Part shown: piece by piece, positions 1 to 9,933 of the stretch
Position numbering within the stretch: position 1 is the stretch's first letter
Layout of the letters: every line of letters begins with the position of its first letter
Assembly: GCA_963663035.1 (NCBI GenBank)
Contig: OY760074.1
Span: 3,328,001 to 3,392,000, forward strand
DNA length: 64,000 bases
Direction: 5' to 3'
Origin: Acidobacteriota bacterium
Lineage (GTDB): Bacteria > Acidobacteriota > UBA6911 > RPQK01 > JADFOI01
The notes under the pieces: model-generated
What the model saw: only the letters and a program-made list of their open reading frames with translations
The model's database searches: none
Told to the model about the DNA's origin: nothing
Position numbers and translations under genes: made by a program

Positions 1-703
1 CTAAAGTGGAGATATCCTCAAACGGCATTTCCAATTCTACCGGGTCAAGCACGTGAAAGAGAATGAGATCATTGCCGCGATGGTGAAAAAAACGCAGGGT
101 TTTAGCCATCTTTTCGAGATCCTGATAGAAATCGCTGATGATAACCACCACCGCCCTTCTCCGGATCAGGTGGACAATTTTTTCAATGGCAGCACTGATG
201 TCCGTTTTGCCGGTCAGCTGGAGATGCTCCAGGTGACTCAAAAGGGTAAAAAAGTGCCCCCGCCTTGTGCGCGGCGGAACTTGGTCGACCACATCCCGGT
301 CGAATGAAATCAGGCCCGCTGCATCGTTTTGTCGCATCGCAAGGTAGGCCAGCGAGGCAGCCAGGTAGCGGGCATAGTCGAACTTGGACACCTTTTGACT
401 GCTGAAGCCCATGCTTTTGCTGACATCAAGCAAGATGTACAGCTGAGCGTTGGTGTCCCCCTCGTATTTCTTGACGTAAAGGCGGTCAGTTCTGCCATAA
501 ACCATCCAGTCCACTCGTCGAGGGTCGTCACCCGGTGCGTATTCTCTATATTCGGCAAAGTCCAGACTAAAGCCATGGTAAGGGGAGCGATGCAAGCCGG
601 TCAGGAATCCTTCCACTACGGTTTTGGCGACCAGCTGAAGGTCTCTGATGCTGGACAGCACGTGGGGATCGATGAATCTGTTTGAAACTGAAGTCCTGAT
701 CAT
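1..703 (-). CDS. DUF58 domain protein (MoxR-associated), 3' end outside window
   Basis: Manual translation from ATG at 703: MIRTSVSNRFIDPHVLSSIRDLQLVAKTVVEGFLTGLHRSPYHGFSLDFAEYREYAPGDDPRRVDW...LLDVSKSM, the DUF58 signature. Directly downstream of MoxR; absent from the ORF track because there is no stop in the window. Confidence 0.92.
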   Translation of the reverse strand, partial: MIRTSVSNRFIDPHVLSSIRDLQLVAKTVVEGFLTGLHRSPYHGFSLDFAEYREYAPGDDPRRVDWMVYGRTDRLYVKKYEGDTNAQLYILLDVSKSMGFSSQKVSKFDYARYLAASLAYLAMRQNDAAGLISFDRDVVDQVPPRTRRGHFFTLLSHLEHLQLTGKTDISAAIEKIVHLIRRRAVVVIISDFYQDLEKMAKTLRFFHHRGNDLILFHVLDPVELEMPFEDISTL

Positions 704-704
704 C

Positions 705-1730
705 TCACAGTCCTGATTGGGGGGGCGGAACGGCTTTCAGCAGTCGTTCGATGATGTCGTCTGGCTGGATGCTTTCCGATTCGGCATGAAAGTTGGTCAG
801 GATGCGATGGCGCATCACGGGCTTGGCCAGGGCGCGGATGTCCTCAGTGGAAACGGTGAAGCGTCCCTTCAGGAGGGCTCGCGCTTTCCCTCCCCACACC
901 ATGTATTGAGAGGCGCGCAGACTGGCCCCGTATCTCACCCACTCGTTGATGAAATCATGCTGTGAATCATCGCCGGGGCGAGTACCGCCCGTGAGTTGGA
1001 CTGCGTATTTCACGATCTCTTCATTGGCTGGAATCTTTTTCACAAGTTCCTGATAGCGCAAAATTTCTTTGCCCGATACCACCTGGGTAATGCCCTCCGG
1101 CGGTTCACCCGTGGTCCTCTTCACCACCTCCACCTCCTCTGCAGCGGGGAGATAATCAATCATGATGTTGAACATGAACCGGTCGAGTTGGGCTTCAGGC
1201 AGTGGATAAGTTCCCTCCAGTTCAATGGGGTTCTGGGTGGCCAGAACGAAGAAGGGAAGGTCCAGATTGTAGGTGATTCCCCGAGTGGTGACTTCTCGTT
1301 CCTGCATCGCTTCCAGCAAAGCTGCCTGAGTCTTGGGAGGCGTACGATTGATTTCATCGGCCAGAACGACGTTGGCAAAAATAGGACCAGGAACAAATTC
1401 CAAACGGCGGTGACCCGTCGCCGGGTCTTCTTCGATAATCTCGGTTCCGGTAATGTCGGTTGGCATGAGATCAGGAGTGAATTGAATACGCTTGAAGGTC
1501 AGCCCCAGTGTTTGCGCTACACTGTGGACCAGGAGCGTCTTGGCCAGTCCTGGGAGTCCCGTAATGAGACAATGTCCACCCACATAAAGTGAGATCAGAA
1601 CCTGTTCGATCACTTCGTCCTGACCAACGATGACTTTTCGCAGTTCCTGAAGGATTTTCTTCTGCGAATCCTGCATTTCCTCGACCAGTTGCTCTAGGCC
1701 AGTTTCCTCGGCTTGAGTTACCTCTTCCAT
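705..1730 (-). CDS. moxR: MoxR-family AAA+ ATPase
   Basis: Walker A GLPGLAKT, RIQFTPDLMPTD, LADEINRTPPKTQAALLEAM, ATQNPIELEGTYPLPEAQLDRF. Confidence 0.96.
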   Translation of the reverse strand: MEEVTQAEETGLEQLVEEMQDSQKKILQELRKVIVGQDEVIEQVLISLYVGGHCLITGLPGLAKTLLVHSVAQTLGLTFKRIQFTPDLMPTDITGTEIIEEDPATGHRRLEFVPGPIFANVVLADEINRTPPKTQAALLEAMQEREVTTRGITYNLDLPFFVLATQNPIELEGTYPLPEAQLDRFMFNIMIDYLPAAEEVEVVKRTTGEPPEGITQVVSGKEILRYQELVKKIPANEEIVKYAVQLTGGTRPGDDSQHDFINEWVRYGASLRASQYMVWGGKARALLKGRFTVSTEDIRALAKPVMRHRILTNFHAESESIQPDDIIERLLKAVPPPQSGL

Positions 1731-1773
1731 TTTTCTCTCTTTCTTGCGATCTACGTAAGCGCGCTTTCTGCGC

Positions 1774-2523
1774 TCAGTGGGTTAGAGCATAGATGATGTA
1801 ATTTACTCCAAGTTTGAAAGCTTCATTGGACAGGCTGACCGGAGTAAGTGACTCGTCTGCCCATTCCCAGTAGTCCCCGATGTCGTTATTATAGTTGGCC
1901 ACAGCCAGAAGCCGCTTCTTGTCATCGAACATGCCGTAAAACATGGGCCTGCCGGGGACATTGTAAGGCGGAATCATGTCCAGTGTCTCGATATCGTAGA
2001 AGCAGTGAAAAACGGGATCATCCAGGGTAAGCTCTTGAAAGCTTCGCTCGGGAAGGACCTTCTTCATGGCCGTGGTCAGGTTTTCCCATTCCTGGGTGCC
2101 CCGAAAATCATCAAAAATCATAAAGCCTCCTCGAGAGAGGTATTCTCGAAGGTTGGCAGCTTCCTCGTCCGTGATGTTCCAATACCCGGGCTCACTGACA
2201 TAGAGACTGGGGTAATTCATGATCTCAGGATCGTCAAGATCCAGGATCAGATAGGAGTCCGGCGTTGTCTGTATGGATGTGACTTCCAGCAGAATCTTCA
2301 AAAAGTTCCTTTCTGCGCGGGGGTAATCATGCATCCAGGGAGGGGGGCCGAAGTTCCCCATTCCCAGAAAATCCACATAACCGTTGTAACGGATACGCAC
2401 GAATTGAAAGAGGTTGACATCGCCGGAGTCTCTGGCAGGATCCACTTCGTCCACACTCAGGACGGGTACCAGTGAACTCGAGAGAATCAGGAGAGCCAGC
2501 GCCAAACCAAATGTTCGTTTCAT
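1774..2523 (-). CDS. DUF4159 domain exported protein
   Basis: N-terminal signal peptide; motifs FVRIRY, WMHDYP, LREYLSRGGFMIFDDF, NNDIGDYWE and C-terminal GVNYIIYALTH. Confidence 0.85.
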   Translation of the reverse strand: MKRTFGLALALLILSSSLVPVLSVDEVDPARDSGDVNLFQFVRIRYNGYVDFLGMGNFGPPPWMHDYPRAERNFLKILLEVTSIQTTPDSYLILDLDDPEIMNYPSLYVSEPGYWNITDEEAANLREYLSRGGFMIFDDFRGTQEWENLTTAMKKVLPERSFQELTLDDPVFHCFYDIETLDMIPPYNVPGRPMFYGMFDDKKRLLAVANYNNDIGDYWEWADESLTPVSLSNEAFKLGVNYIIYALTH

Positions 2524-5015
2524 CTTCGAACCAGCTGCAAGAGTAGCTTTTGTGCCTCCTGGTAGGCCGGTGCAATCTCCAAGGATAACAGCACGTGCTG
2601 GCGGGCGCCTGTCCTGTCTCCCGATTGAAAGAGGGCCTGGGCCAGCTTATAGTGGGCCGCCGCTGCGTCAACAGTACTGAGACTTAAAAACACTGTAAAT
2701 TCTCGCACCGCCTTTTCCATCTCACTGGACTGTAAATAGAGATCTCCCAGCCTGAGATGCGTTTCGGATTGAAAAGGATCCACATACATGACTTCTTCCA
2801 GGTATTTTGCTGCCTCCTGTGGTCGATTCCTGTCGGAAAGCAGACTCGCCACCTGGTGAGCATTCTCAGTGAACAGAGGTGCAGCCCGCCACCAGCGCTG
2901 GCGTATTTCAAGGGCCTTGTCGGACTGGCCCGTCTCTTCATAGATTTCCGAAAGCAGCTGATAAGGACTTCCTCTTCCTGCCTGAGTGGGGAATATCTCC
3001 AGGGCCTTTTCCAAATAAGGAATCGCCTCCTGGAAGCGACCGGCAGAGTTCAGTCTTGTTCCCAGGCGGTGATTGAGAAAATAATTTTCAGGAAAAGCTT
3101 CCCAGGCGTTCAGCAAGCTGTCCAAATCGTCTTCTAGAACTTCCTCCGAGCCTTCCTTGCCTTCCAGGTCCTCTCCGTTTTCACCGAGAAGCAGGTTCAC
3201 AAAGGAGACCTCTTCGGGAGCCTGAAGCGGTTCCAAGAGCGGTTTCAGAGTTTCATCCATTTCTTGGCGGAACTGCCGATCAATCTCTTCCACCGAGGTG
3301 CTCAGGACTTGTTGGAAAACTTCCTCCGTGGAGTGTTCTTCTCCAAAGGCTACCAGCATGGCTGTGATTGCCTCAAACCCATAGCGTGAAGCCAGAAATT
3401 CGCAGATCCATCCAGCCTGGAAGTAAGCTATGGTCAGGGATTGGCCAGATTTGGGCCGCTCGAATCCGGAATTCAGTTCTGCCAGGGGGAGTAGATCGTC
3501 GTTCTGGTAAGCTCTCACAAAGCCAATGTTGAGATAATCTCCCCATCCTTCACCTGCCTGGCGTTCCTCCATCATGGAGAGTCCCTCCGTGAACCATCTG
3601 GGAACCCTGTCCTGGCTCAGGGAGAGAGTGACCACATGGGCGAGTTCATGCCAGAGCGTTGAGCCCCAATGGAACTCTCCCTTGGGCCGTGCTGAGGGAG
3701 AGTCCATAGCCACGACTCGTCCAAAAGTGGCACCCAGCGCTCCCAGGCCTGGGAGTCCCATGGTTCGAACTGCAAAATCTTCGTGGTCGGGATACATTTC
3801 AAAGACATACTTGTCCCCGACCTGATGATTATATCTCTGCTCCAACGTTCTCAAGCTTCTCTCCGCTAGTTCCTCCACGTAAGGCCTGAGGGCAGCGGCC
3901 TCCTTTTCATGCAACTTGACTTTGAAATGTGGAGTTTCGAAGCGGACAAAGGACTCAAAACTATCCAACAGTCTGAGGGTATTGACCGTCCAGATGTTAA
4001 AGGGATCGTTGGTGTAGGCCTCTTCCAAGACTCGCGTGCCCTCTTCCTCCTGGTCCAGGCGAAGCAGATTGAGACCCAGGGCCGCGCGGGCGGATTCCTG
4101 GCGGGGGTTTCGTTCCAGAGCTTCCCGATAAAACTCGGTCGCCTTCTCAAGGAGCCGGTTAGTGATGGCCAGATCCCCGAGTGTTTCAAAAAGATCGCCA
4201 TCATGGGGATTCATCTCGAGAACGTGTTGTTGGAGCTTTTCAAATTCTCCGCTCTCTCCCCGAAAATAGAGGTAGGCACATTTGAGCTCCAACAGAGGGA
4301 GATAGAGTTCGTTGATCTCGAGTCCCTTTTCGATCCAGTCACGGGCACCCTGCCAGTCCTTTTCTCCGATAGCGAGCGAAGCCTGCAAGGCCAAGGCTTC
4401 TAAATTTTGAGAGTTCAGCTCAAGCGCCTGGGTCAGGGCCTCCTCACTCCCTGGCTTAAATTGGCCTTCGAAGGCCTCTGCCACTCCCACATAGGCGGCA
4501 TCAACTCCCCAGCGAGAGTATCCTGAAGAGGGGTGGCCGGCTTGGATTCCATCTTGAAAGATCGATTCGGCTTCACTCGAATTATACTTGTCCAGGTAGA
4601 GGTTGCCCCAGTCGACAAACAGCGAGACCGAAACGGGTTTGATCGCTGCCGCTTCCATGAAGAGTTGGTTGGCATCTTGCCACAAGGCGAGCTGCGACGC
4701 CGCATAAGCAGCCTGAGCGATCTCCTGGGAAGTGCTCAGCTGACCTGATTGGTAGAGGCCCAGAAGCCTTCGCGCGTAAATGTCCGCTTCATCTCTTCTT
4801 CCTTCGCGGGTCGTCAGTTCCAGCAGAAGCCGCAAAACATAGGGATCCAGATCGGAGGAGTCTTTCAACTGCTCTTCCGCCTGGCTGTAGCGACCCCGCT
4901 GCATCAATTGCTGGACCTCGTTCAGGAGTTCGAGGGGCGCTCGATCCGATGCAGAACTCGCTTGGTAGGCAAGGGCAGTCGAGAGAGTGAAAAAGAGAAA
5001 GACCAGCCGCTTCAC
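2520..5015 (-). CDS. Exported TPR-repeat protein with gluzincin (peptidase MA-like) domain
   Basis: Signal peptide; helical TPR-like repeats on both sides of HELAH...PRWFTEG (HExxH plus downstream E). Confidence 0.82.
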   Translation of the reverse strand: MKRLVFLFFTLSTALAYQASSASDRAPLELLNEVQQLMQRGRYSQAEEQLKDSSDLDPYVLRLLLELTTREGRRDEADIYARRLLGLYQSGQLSTSQEIAQAAYAASQLALWQDANQLFMEAAAIKPVSVSLFVDWGNLYLDKYNSSEAESIFQDGIQAGHPSSGYSRWGVDAAYVGVAEAFEGQFKPGSEEALTQALELNSQNLEALALQASLAIGEKDWQGARDWIEKGLEINELYLPLLELKCAYLYFRGESGEFEKLQQHVLEMNPHDGDLFETLGDLAITNRLLEKATEFYREALERNPRQESARAALGLNLLRLDQEEEGTRVLEEAYTNDPFNIWTVNTLRLLDSFESFVRFETPHFKVKLHEKEAAALRPYVEELAERSLRTLEQRYNHQVGDKYVFEMYPDHEDFAVRTMGLPGLGALGATFGRVVAMDSPSARPKGEFHWGSTLWHELAHVVTLSLSQDRVPRWFTEGLSMMEERQAGEGWGDYLNIGFVRAYQNDDLLPLAELNSGFERPKSGQSLTIAYFQAGWICEFLASRYGFEAITAMLVAFGEEHSTEEVFQQVLSTSVEEIDRQFRQEMDETLKPLLEPLQAPEEVSFVNLLLGENGEDLEGKEGSEEVLEDDLDSLLNAWEAFPENYFLNHRLGTRLNSAGRFQEAIPYLEKALEIFPTQAGRGSPYQLLSEIYEETGQSDKALEIRQRWWRAAPLFTENAHQVASLLSDRNRPQEAAKYLEEVMYVDPFQSETHLRLGDLYLQSSEMEKAVREFTVFLSLSTVDAAAAHYKLAQALFQSGDRTGARQHVLLSLEIAPAYQEAQKLLLQLVRR

Positions 5016-6007
5016 GGTCCATCCTCCAACTGTTCGATGCTTTCATTGAGGATGGCCAGTTTCACCAAAAGCTCTTCCAGAACGCGGTAAAATTCGTCTT
5101 CTGGAAGCTGGTTCTTGCGAAACTTCAAGTCTTCGATTTCACGCTCGATCTCCACCTGCAGCGAAGCCAACTGTGCAGCTTCTGCGCTGCGGTACATTCG
5201 CTCGACGGATGGGGAGAGGTAGGCCATGGAGGCAAGAAGAGTGCCCTGGCTGCTTGGATCTCTCTCAAGGATGTTTTGCTTTTCCAGGCGAACCTGGCCG
5301 TGGTCTTCCAACATGGAGTGTTCTGTTTGAATCCGTCCCTTCTCTTCAAACCAGGCAGCTACCTTCTGATGGCTGAAGAGAAACGCTTCCAAGAGTGACA
5401 CCTTGTCGTCTTTATCCGTGTCGGCCTCCTCAGAGGTGACCGCTTCCATGAAGAAGGACATGAAGAGGGGAGGTTGTCTCTCCAATTCGTTTTTTGTAGC
5501 AGTGACGATAACCCTATTCTCTTGACTCAGCTGAGAGGCGAGGATACCGCTGGCGCTGGTGGCAGCGATCAGGTAAGTTCTCACGCCCCCCAGGGCGTCG
5601 AGAAAAGCTTTGATCTCCTCGTCAGTCAAGTCGGGTCCGGAGATATTGAACTTGTAGTGTCCGTTATCGTGGCTGGCGTGCCCAATCAAGAAAAGCCACA
5701 CCTCCCCAGAAGGTGGAGATGAGGAGACTTGATCAAAGAGTTGGAGTATGTCGCCTTTTTTTTGTTGTCGGCCATCGATGCGATAAACGATGCTCTCGAG
5801 TTCATCCCTGAAGAGCGCCTCTGTTTGACGAGCCCAGCTGAGAAAGTTCTCTTCATACTCGGGCATCCCCCCCAGCCCGGTGATGACAATGCACACCTTC
5901 TCACCCGGTGCATTCTTCTCACCCTGTGCAAATGCACAGGGTGAGAAGAGAGAGAAGTAGAGAAAGAGAGAAAGAGAGAAAAAGAGAGCGTGCTCAGCAC
6001 GAGTCAT
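5012..6007 (-). CDS. Exported hypothetical protein, possibly caspase/peptidase C13-like fold
   Basis: Start placed at ATG 6007, overlapping the upstream TAA (TAATG). Hydrophobic signal peptide; LFLIGHAS, IAATSASG, RVIVTATK, ADTDKDDKVSLLEAF. Confidence 0.65.
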   Translation of the reverse strand: MTRAEHALFFSLSLFLYFSLFSPCAFAQGEKNAPGEKVCIVITGLGGMPEYEENFLSWARQTEALFRDELESIVYRIDGRQQKKGDILQLFDQVSSSPPSGEVWLFLIGHASHDNGHYKFNISGPDLTDEEIKAFLDALGGVRTYLIAATSASGILASQLSQENRVIVTATKNELERQPPLFMSFFMEAVTSEEADTDKDDKVSLLEAFLFSHQKVAAWFEEKGRIQTEHSMLEDHGQVRLEKQNILERDPSSQGTLLASMAYLSPSVERMYRSAEAAQLASLQVEIEREIEDLKFRKNQLPEDEFYRVLEELLVKLAILNESIEQLEDGP

Positions 6008-8322
6008 TAGATGAGACCCCGTCGCTTGCGAAGTATCCACTCACCAAAAAGCAAGGCCATGAGCAACAGGAGATTGAAGGGCATATCCCAGAGATCGAGC
6101 ACTTCGACTATGGATGTTTGAGATTCCGTATAAAGAATTTCTTCCGGCAAACTTTCCACATCGGATACCGTGTAATAGTTTCCACCCGTTTCCTGTGCCA
6201 GCTTTTCCAGAAAGTCCCTTTTCTGGAATGCCTCAAAATATTCCCGCGTCCCGGTGGAGGTCAGAAAGGAGGTCTTGGCTTGCGGAGGGCTCTCGTCTTC
6301 GCCAAAGGCACTGGACTCAACCTCAATTTCAACCACATAGAAACCGTCTTCCTGAGGCGCCAACTGGCCCCGATAGACTCCATCGTCCCGAGCGTCCCAC
6401 TGAAGGGGCAGCTCGAATGTTTCTCCGGAGGGAGAGGTGATAGTGGCCTGAACCCGAGCGTCATTGATTCGATTGAAAGCCTTGTCATTCACCTCGGCTC
6501 GAATATCGACGAGCTCGTTTTGTGAGTAGACCTCGCGCTTCGTTTCAAGGGTGATGGGATCCTTTGCAGAATTGACCAGCCAGCGCAGGATCTGTCTCCA
6601 AAACGTCTCGTGTTTCTGATCCTCGTGATCTTCAAGCATCTGCCAGCGCCAGCTGCTGCCGGTCAGCAGGGCTAAGGTGTGGCCGCGTCCGTATCGTTGA
6701 AAAACGACCAGCGGAACCTCCGGCAGGCTGGAATTCACACTCGAGAAGTCATCGACTCGGGCCAGAACCGTGGCCCCCGATTTGATCTCTCGGACAACAT
6801 TCCAATCCGTCAAAAACGGAACATCATCCCACTCCGAAATGCTCGGGTCTTCTGCCAACGAAAGCTGGAGCGCGGGATGCCGCAGGCCCTGCTCTGTCAA
6901 TTTCAACCTGCTTTCACCCTGGACATACACCGGCTCAGAGTCGACAGAATCTTCATCGCTGTCCTGCAGCCAGACTGGGAGTATTTCCTCAATGGGAGTA
7001 TTCTGATATCGACCGGCACCGAAGGAAGCACTGCCCCCCAGCATCATAAATCCGCCCCCTCGCTTCCCCACAAAATCGCGCACCAATTCCATCTGATGGT
7101 AGGAAAAGAAGGAGGACTCAACACTCCCAAAGATGATGCCCTGGTACTCGAAGAGCTCTTCTCTTTCAGCAGGAAAGCCGGTTGCCAGGGTGGTCTCTTC
7201 TTCTATTCCCTGGCGGAAAAATTTGTTCAGAGCTGTGCGCAGCAACGTGACCAGGCGGACATTTTTGTCTTCGCTCATAGCACGGCGAATAAATTTATAT
7301 TCCCAGCGCGGATGCCCTTCCACATAGAGAACCCGGGCAGCCAGGTTTTGGACCGCAATAATGGTGCTTCGAGAGTTATTCTCCTGGATCTCTTCGCCTT
7401 CCAGCGGCGCCAGGGAGAAGTTATAACTCCTTATTCCCTCCGACTTAGGTATGATCTTCACGTCAACGGTAAAGGTCTCGGAATCGCGCGGAAAGTGGAC
7501 TTCCTGTGTCTTTACCAGAGAGTTTCCCTCGCGAACTTCCAGCCGTCCGCGACTCCCACCGAAGCCGCTTTGCCGGAAAGTCACACGAGCAACTGAGATG
7601 GTCCCGGGTATGGAAACCCGGGGTGCACTGACGTGAGTGATCTCCACGTCCTGTTTCAGTGACTCGGGACCCAGACCGATGGTGTGAACGGGAATCTGGC
7701 GAGCCTTCAATTCAGTGAGAACTTCCTGCAAGTCCCGGTAGCTGTTGTCGGAGCCATCCGTGAAAAGGAGTATTCCGGCCAGGGGTAAATTCTTAGTCTC
7801 CGCCAATACCCCTTCCAATCCACTGACGATGTTGGTTTGGTCTCCCTGCCAATCCAGATCGAGAGACTCTTCGACTCTTTGAATCCGTGAGTCAAAACGG
7901 AAAAGTCGAACATAGAATCTCTCATCCAGTGCCTCCTGGAAGTCCGATTCCCCATTGAACAGTTCCAGTGCCGTCTGGCCTCTCGGTTGGTTCAGCTCGG
8001 TAGGAAGACCCATGCTCCGTGAATTATCGACCAGGACGGCCAGCAGGTTCTCTTTGGGAACCAGCCTCGAGAGGACAAGACCCGGCCTCATGGTCAACAG
8101 AAAGAGAAGGAGGAAGAAGCTGCAGCGAAGGGTCAAGAGGGTCCAGCCCGACTTACCCTTGAGATAGAGCAACCTGTGGCGATAGACCAGGAGAAGCAGG
8201 ACCGAAAGAGCTAGGATCATCAAGCCAACTGTCCAGTAGCTGAAGCCCCACTGAAAGGTGAACTCGCCCCTTTGAAAAAAGAATGGCCGGTATTTAAAAA
8301 GAAAGGTGAATAGACTTTCCAT
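6007..8322 (-). CDS. Membrane protein with VWA domain and glutamine-amidotransferase-like domain
   Basis: N-terminal TM helices; MIDAS-like VDNSRSM and LFTDG; VLYVEGHPRWEYKF; GGGFMMLGG; C-terminal EWILRKRRGLI. Confidence 0.8.
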   Translation of the reverse strand: MESLFTFLFKYRPFFFQRGEFTFQWGFSYWTVGLMILALSVLLLLVYRHRLLYLKGKSGWTLLTLRCSFFLLLFLLTMRPGLVLSRLVPKENLLAVLVDNSRSMGLPTELNQPRGQTALELFNGESDFQEALDERFYVRLFRFDSRIQRVEESLDLDWQGDQTNIVSGLEGVLAETKNLPLAGILLFTDGSDNSYRDLQEVLTELKARQIPVHTIGLGPESLKQDVEITHVSAPRVSIPGTISVARVTFRQSGFGGSRGRLEVREGNSLVKTQEVHFPRDSETFTVDVKIIPKSEGIRSYNFSLAPLEGEEIQENNSRSTIIAVQNLAARVLYVEGHPRWEYKFIRRAMSEDKNVRLVTLLRTALNKFFRQGIEEETTLATGFPAEREELFEYQGIIFGSVESSFFSYHQMELVRDFVGKRGGGFMMLGGSASFGAGRYQNTPIEEILPVWLQDSDEDSVDSEPVYVQGESRLKLTEQGLRHPALQLSLAEDPSISEWDDVPFLTDWNVVREIKSGATVLARVDDFSSVNSSLPEVPLVVFQRYGRGHTLALLTGSSWRWQMLEDHEDQKHETFWRQILRWLVNSAKDPITLETKREVYSQNELVDIRAEVNDKAFNRINDARVQATITSPSGETFELPLQWDARDDGVYRGQLAPQEDGFYVVEIEVESSAFGEDESPPQAKTSFLTSTGTREYFEAFQKRDFLEKLAQETGGNYYTVSDVESLPEEILYTESQTSIVEVLDLWDMPFNLLLLMALLFGEWILRKRRGLI

Positions 8323-8400
8323 GGTTGATCCTGGCTACTTGGGCGGACACTAAGGTCCCTTCATCATATCAGGCTTTTCGGAAAAGATAGAACCGAATGG

Positions 8401-8440
8401 GGGAAATGTGGGGACAGAGTAGACTGTCCCCACATTTCCC
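8401..8440. repeat. REP-like palindrome, copy 1 (17-bp arms, AGTAGA loop)
   Basis: GGGAAATGTGGGGACAG-AGTAGA-CTGTCCCCACATTTCCC, a perfect inverted repeat; near-identical reverse copy at 48711-48747. Confidence 0.8.
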
Positions 8441-8459
8441 TGCGATACTTGAGGGTCTA

Positions 8460-9794
8460 ATGCCGTCAACACCTCAGAACTCTCCCTTCGAATTTCGTGT
8501 GGCTCTGGCCGGACTGGGAACGGTCGGACAGGGTGTGGTACGACTTTTACAGGAAGAAGGTCCCCGTTATCGTGAAAGGTTCGGGATCGATTTACAGCTT
8601 GTATCGATCCTGGACAGGAGCTATCAACAAAAGGACACTTCCTGGATTTCGTCGCCTGTGAGGTGGAGCGAGTCGCTGGAAGATTTTCTGGAAACTCCTT
8701 CTGATATCGTCGTGGAACTGATTGGAGGTATGGATCCAGCCGATCAGATCATTCGTAATGGTCTGGAGCAGGGAAGAAGTGTCGTCACCGCCAACAAGCT
8801 GGTGATGGCCCGCTGTGGCCCCGACTATTTAGAGCTGGCGGCCCGAAAGAATTCCTATTTGGGCTTCGAAGCCTCCGTGGCGGGAGGCATCCCGATTATT
8901 CGAATGGTCAGTCATTCTCTTTTTCCCGACCGGGTCTCGCAGGTGCGAGGTATCCTCAATGGAACCTGTAACTTCATTCTTTCGGAGATGGCTGACGGTG
9001 GACGGGATTACCAGGATGCTCTGACCCAGGCTCAATCGCTGGGCTATGCGGAGGCCGATCCTGCCCTGGATGTGTCGGGGGGAGATGCCAGGGACAAGCT
9101 GGCCATCTTGAGCACCCTTTGTTTCCATACCGGCATTTGCCCCGATGAGATCCCAACCCAAGGCATCACCGAACTTGTGCCGGTTGACTTCCTCTATGCA
9201 CGGAGACTGGATTCGACCATCAAGCTGTTGGGTGTGGCTGCAAGACAGGGTGAGCATCTGTGTCTGCGTGTGAGCCCTTTCTTGATCGACAATCAACTTC
9301 CGCTGTCGAAGATCTCCGGAGTCCTCAATGCAGTGGAAGTCACGGGAGCTACGGTAGGGTCGGTCCTGATTAGCGGCAAAGGTGCTGGGGAGGGTCCAAC
9401 TGCCGTCTCAGTTTTGGCGGACATCTTAAATGCCGCAAGGTGGAAGAGAGACACCTCGCATGCACAGGCGGCAGCTGGGATGGAGGGTGACGCTGAAAGT
9501 GGGCAGTTTGACCAGATAGCGAGCTGTGGGGAGGATGAGCGCTATCCTTTTTATGTGCGCTTTATCGTAGAGGACCGACCGGGCATCACTGCCACCCTGA
9601 CCCATATCCTGGCTGAAAGGGAAATCAATATTGATCTGGTACTACAGGAAAGCTGGTCTGATCGCGGAAACCTTCCCTTTGTCATCACGGTCGAACCCAC
9701 GCTCTATTCCTCCATGCAAGAGGCGGTCGCTGAGATGAAGAAGCTGGATTTTAACCGCGTGGAACCTTTTGCTCTCCCCATGTTGAAGGAGTGA
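8460..9794 (+). CDS. hom: Homoserine dehydrogenase with C-terminal ACT domain
   Basis: GLGTVG Rossmann motif, VVTANK, FEASVAGGIP, GILNGTCNFIL, GYAEADP, ACT domain (VEDRPG). Start moved to ATG 8460. Confidence 0.95.
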   Translation: MPSTPQNSPFEFRVALAGLGTVGQGVVRLLQEEGPRYRERFGIDLQLVSILDRSYQQKDTSWISSPVRWSESLEDFLETPSDIVVELIGGMDPADQIIRNGLEQGRSVVTANKLVMARCGPDYLELAARKNSYLGFEASVAGGIPIIRMVSHSLFPDRVSQVRGILNGTCNFILSEMADGGRDYQDALTQAQSLGYAEADPALDVSGGDARDKLAILSTLCFHTGICPDEIPTQGITELVPVDFLYARRLDSTIKLLGVAARQGEHLCLRVSPFLIDNQLPLSKISGVLNAVEVTGATVGSVLISGKGAGEGPTAVSVLADILNAARWKRDTSHAQAAAGMEGDAESGQFDQIASCGEDERYPFYVRFIVEDRPGITATLTHILAEREINIDLVLQESWSDRGNLPFVITVEPTLYSSMQEAVAEMKKLDFNRVEPFALPMLKE

Positions 9795-9814
9795 GTTATA
9801 ATTTCTCATTTCAT

Positions 9815-9887
9815 GGCGGTGTAGCTCAGTGGTCAGAGCAAGCGGCTCATATCCGCTGCGTCGGGGGTTCAAATCCCTCCACCGCCA
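9815..9887 (+). tRNA. tRNA-Met(CAT), elongator type; CCA not encoded
   Basis: Acceptor stem GGCGGTG/CACCGCC-A, D-arm GCTCAGTGGTCAGAGC, anticodon arm AGCGG-CTCATAT-CCGCT, T-loop GGTTCAAATCC. Ile2 identity is not fully excluded. Confidence 0.93.
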
Positions 9888-9933
9888 TAGCACTCCTTCA
9901 GCTTTCGAGAGCGTTACGGACTTCAGGATAACC

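Noticed and set aside
5940-5990. GA-rich low-complexity tract
   Set aside because: Explained by Phe/Leu/Ser codons of a minus-strand signal peptide.
9815-9887. Initiator tRNA, or tRNA used as an island integration site
   Set aside because: The G1-C72 pair and absence of three consecutive G-C anticodon-stem pairs argue against an initiator; no integrase or duplicated 3' end was seen.
9829-9933. N-terminal extension of hemB in the ORF track
   Set aside because: It overlaps the tRNA; homology begins at ATG 9934.
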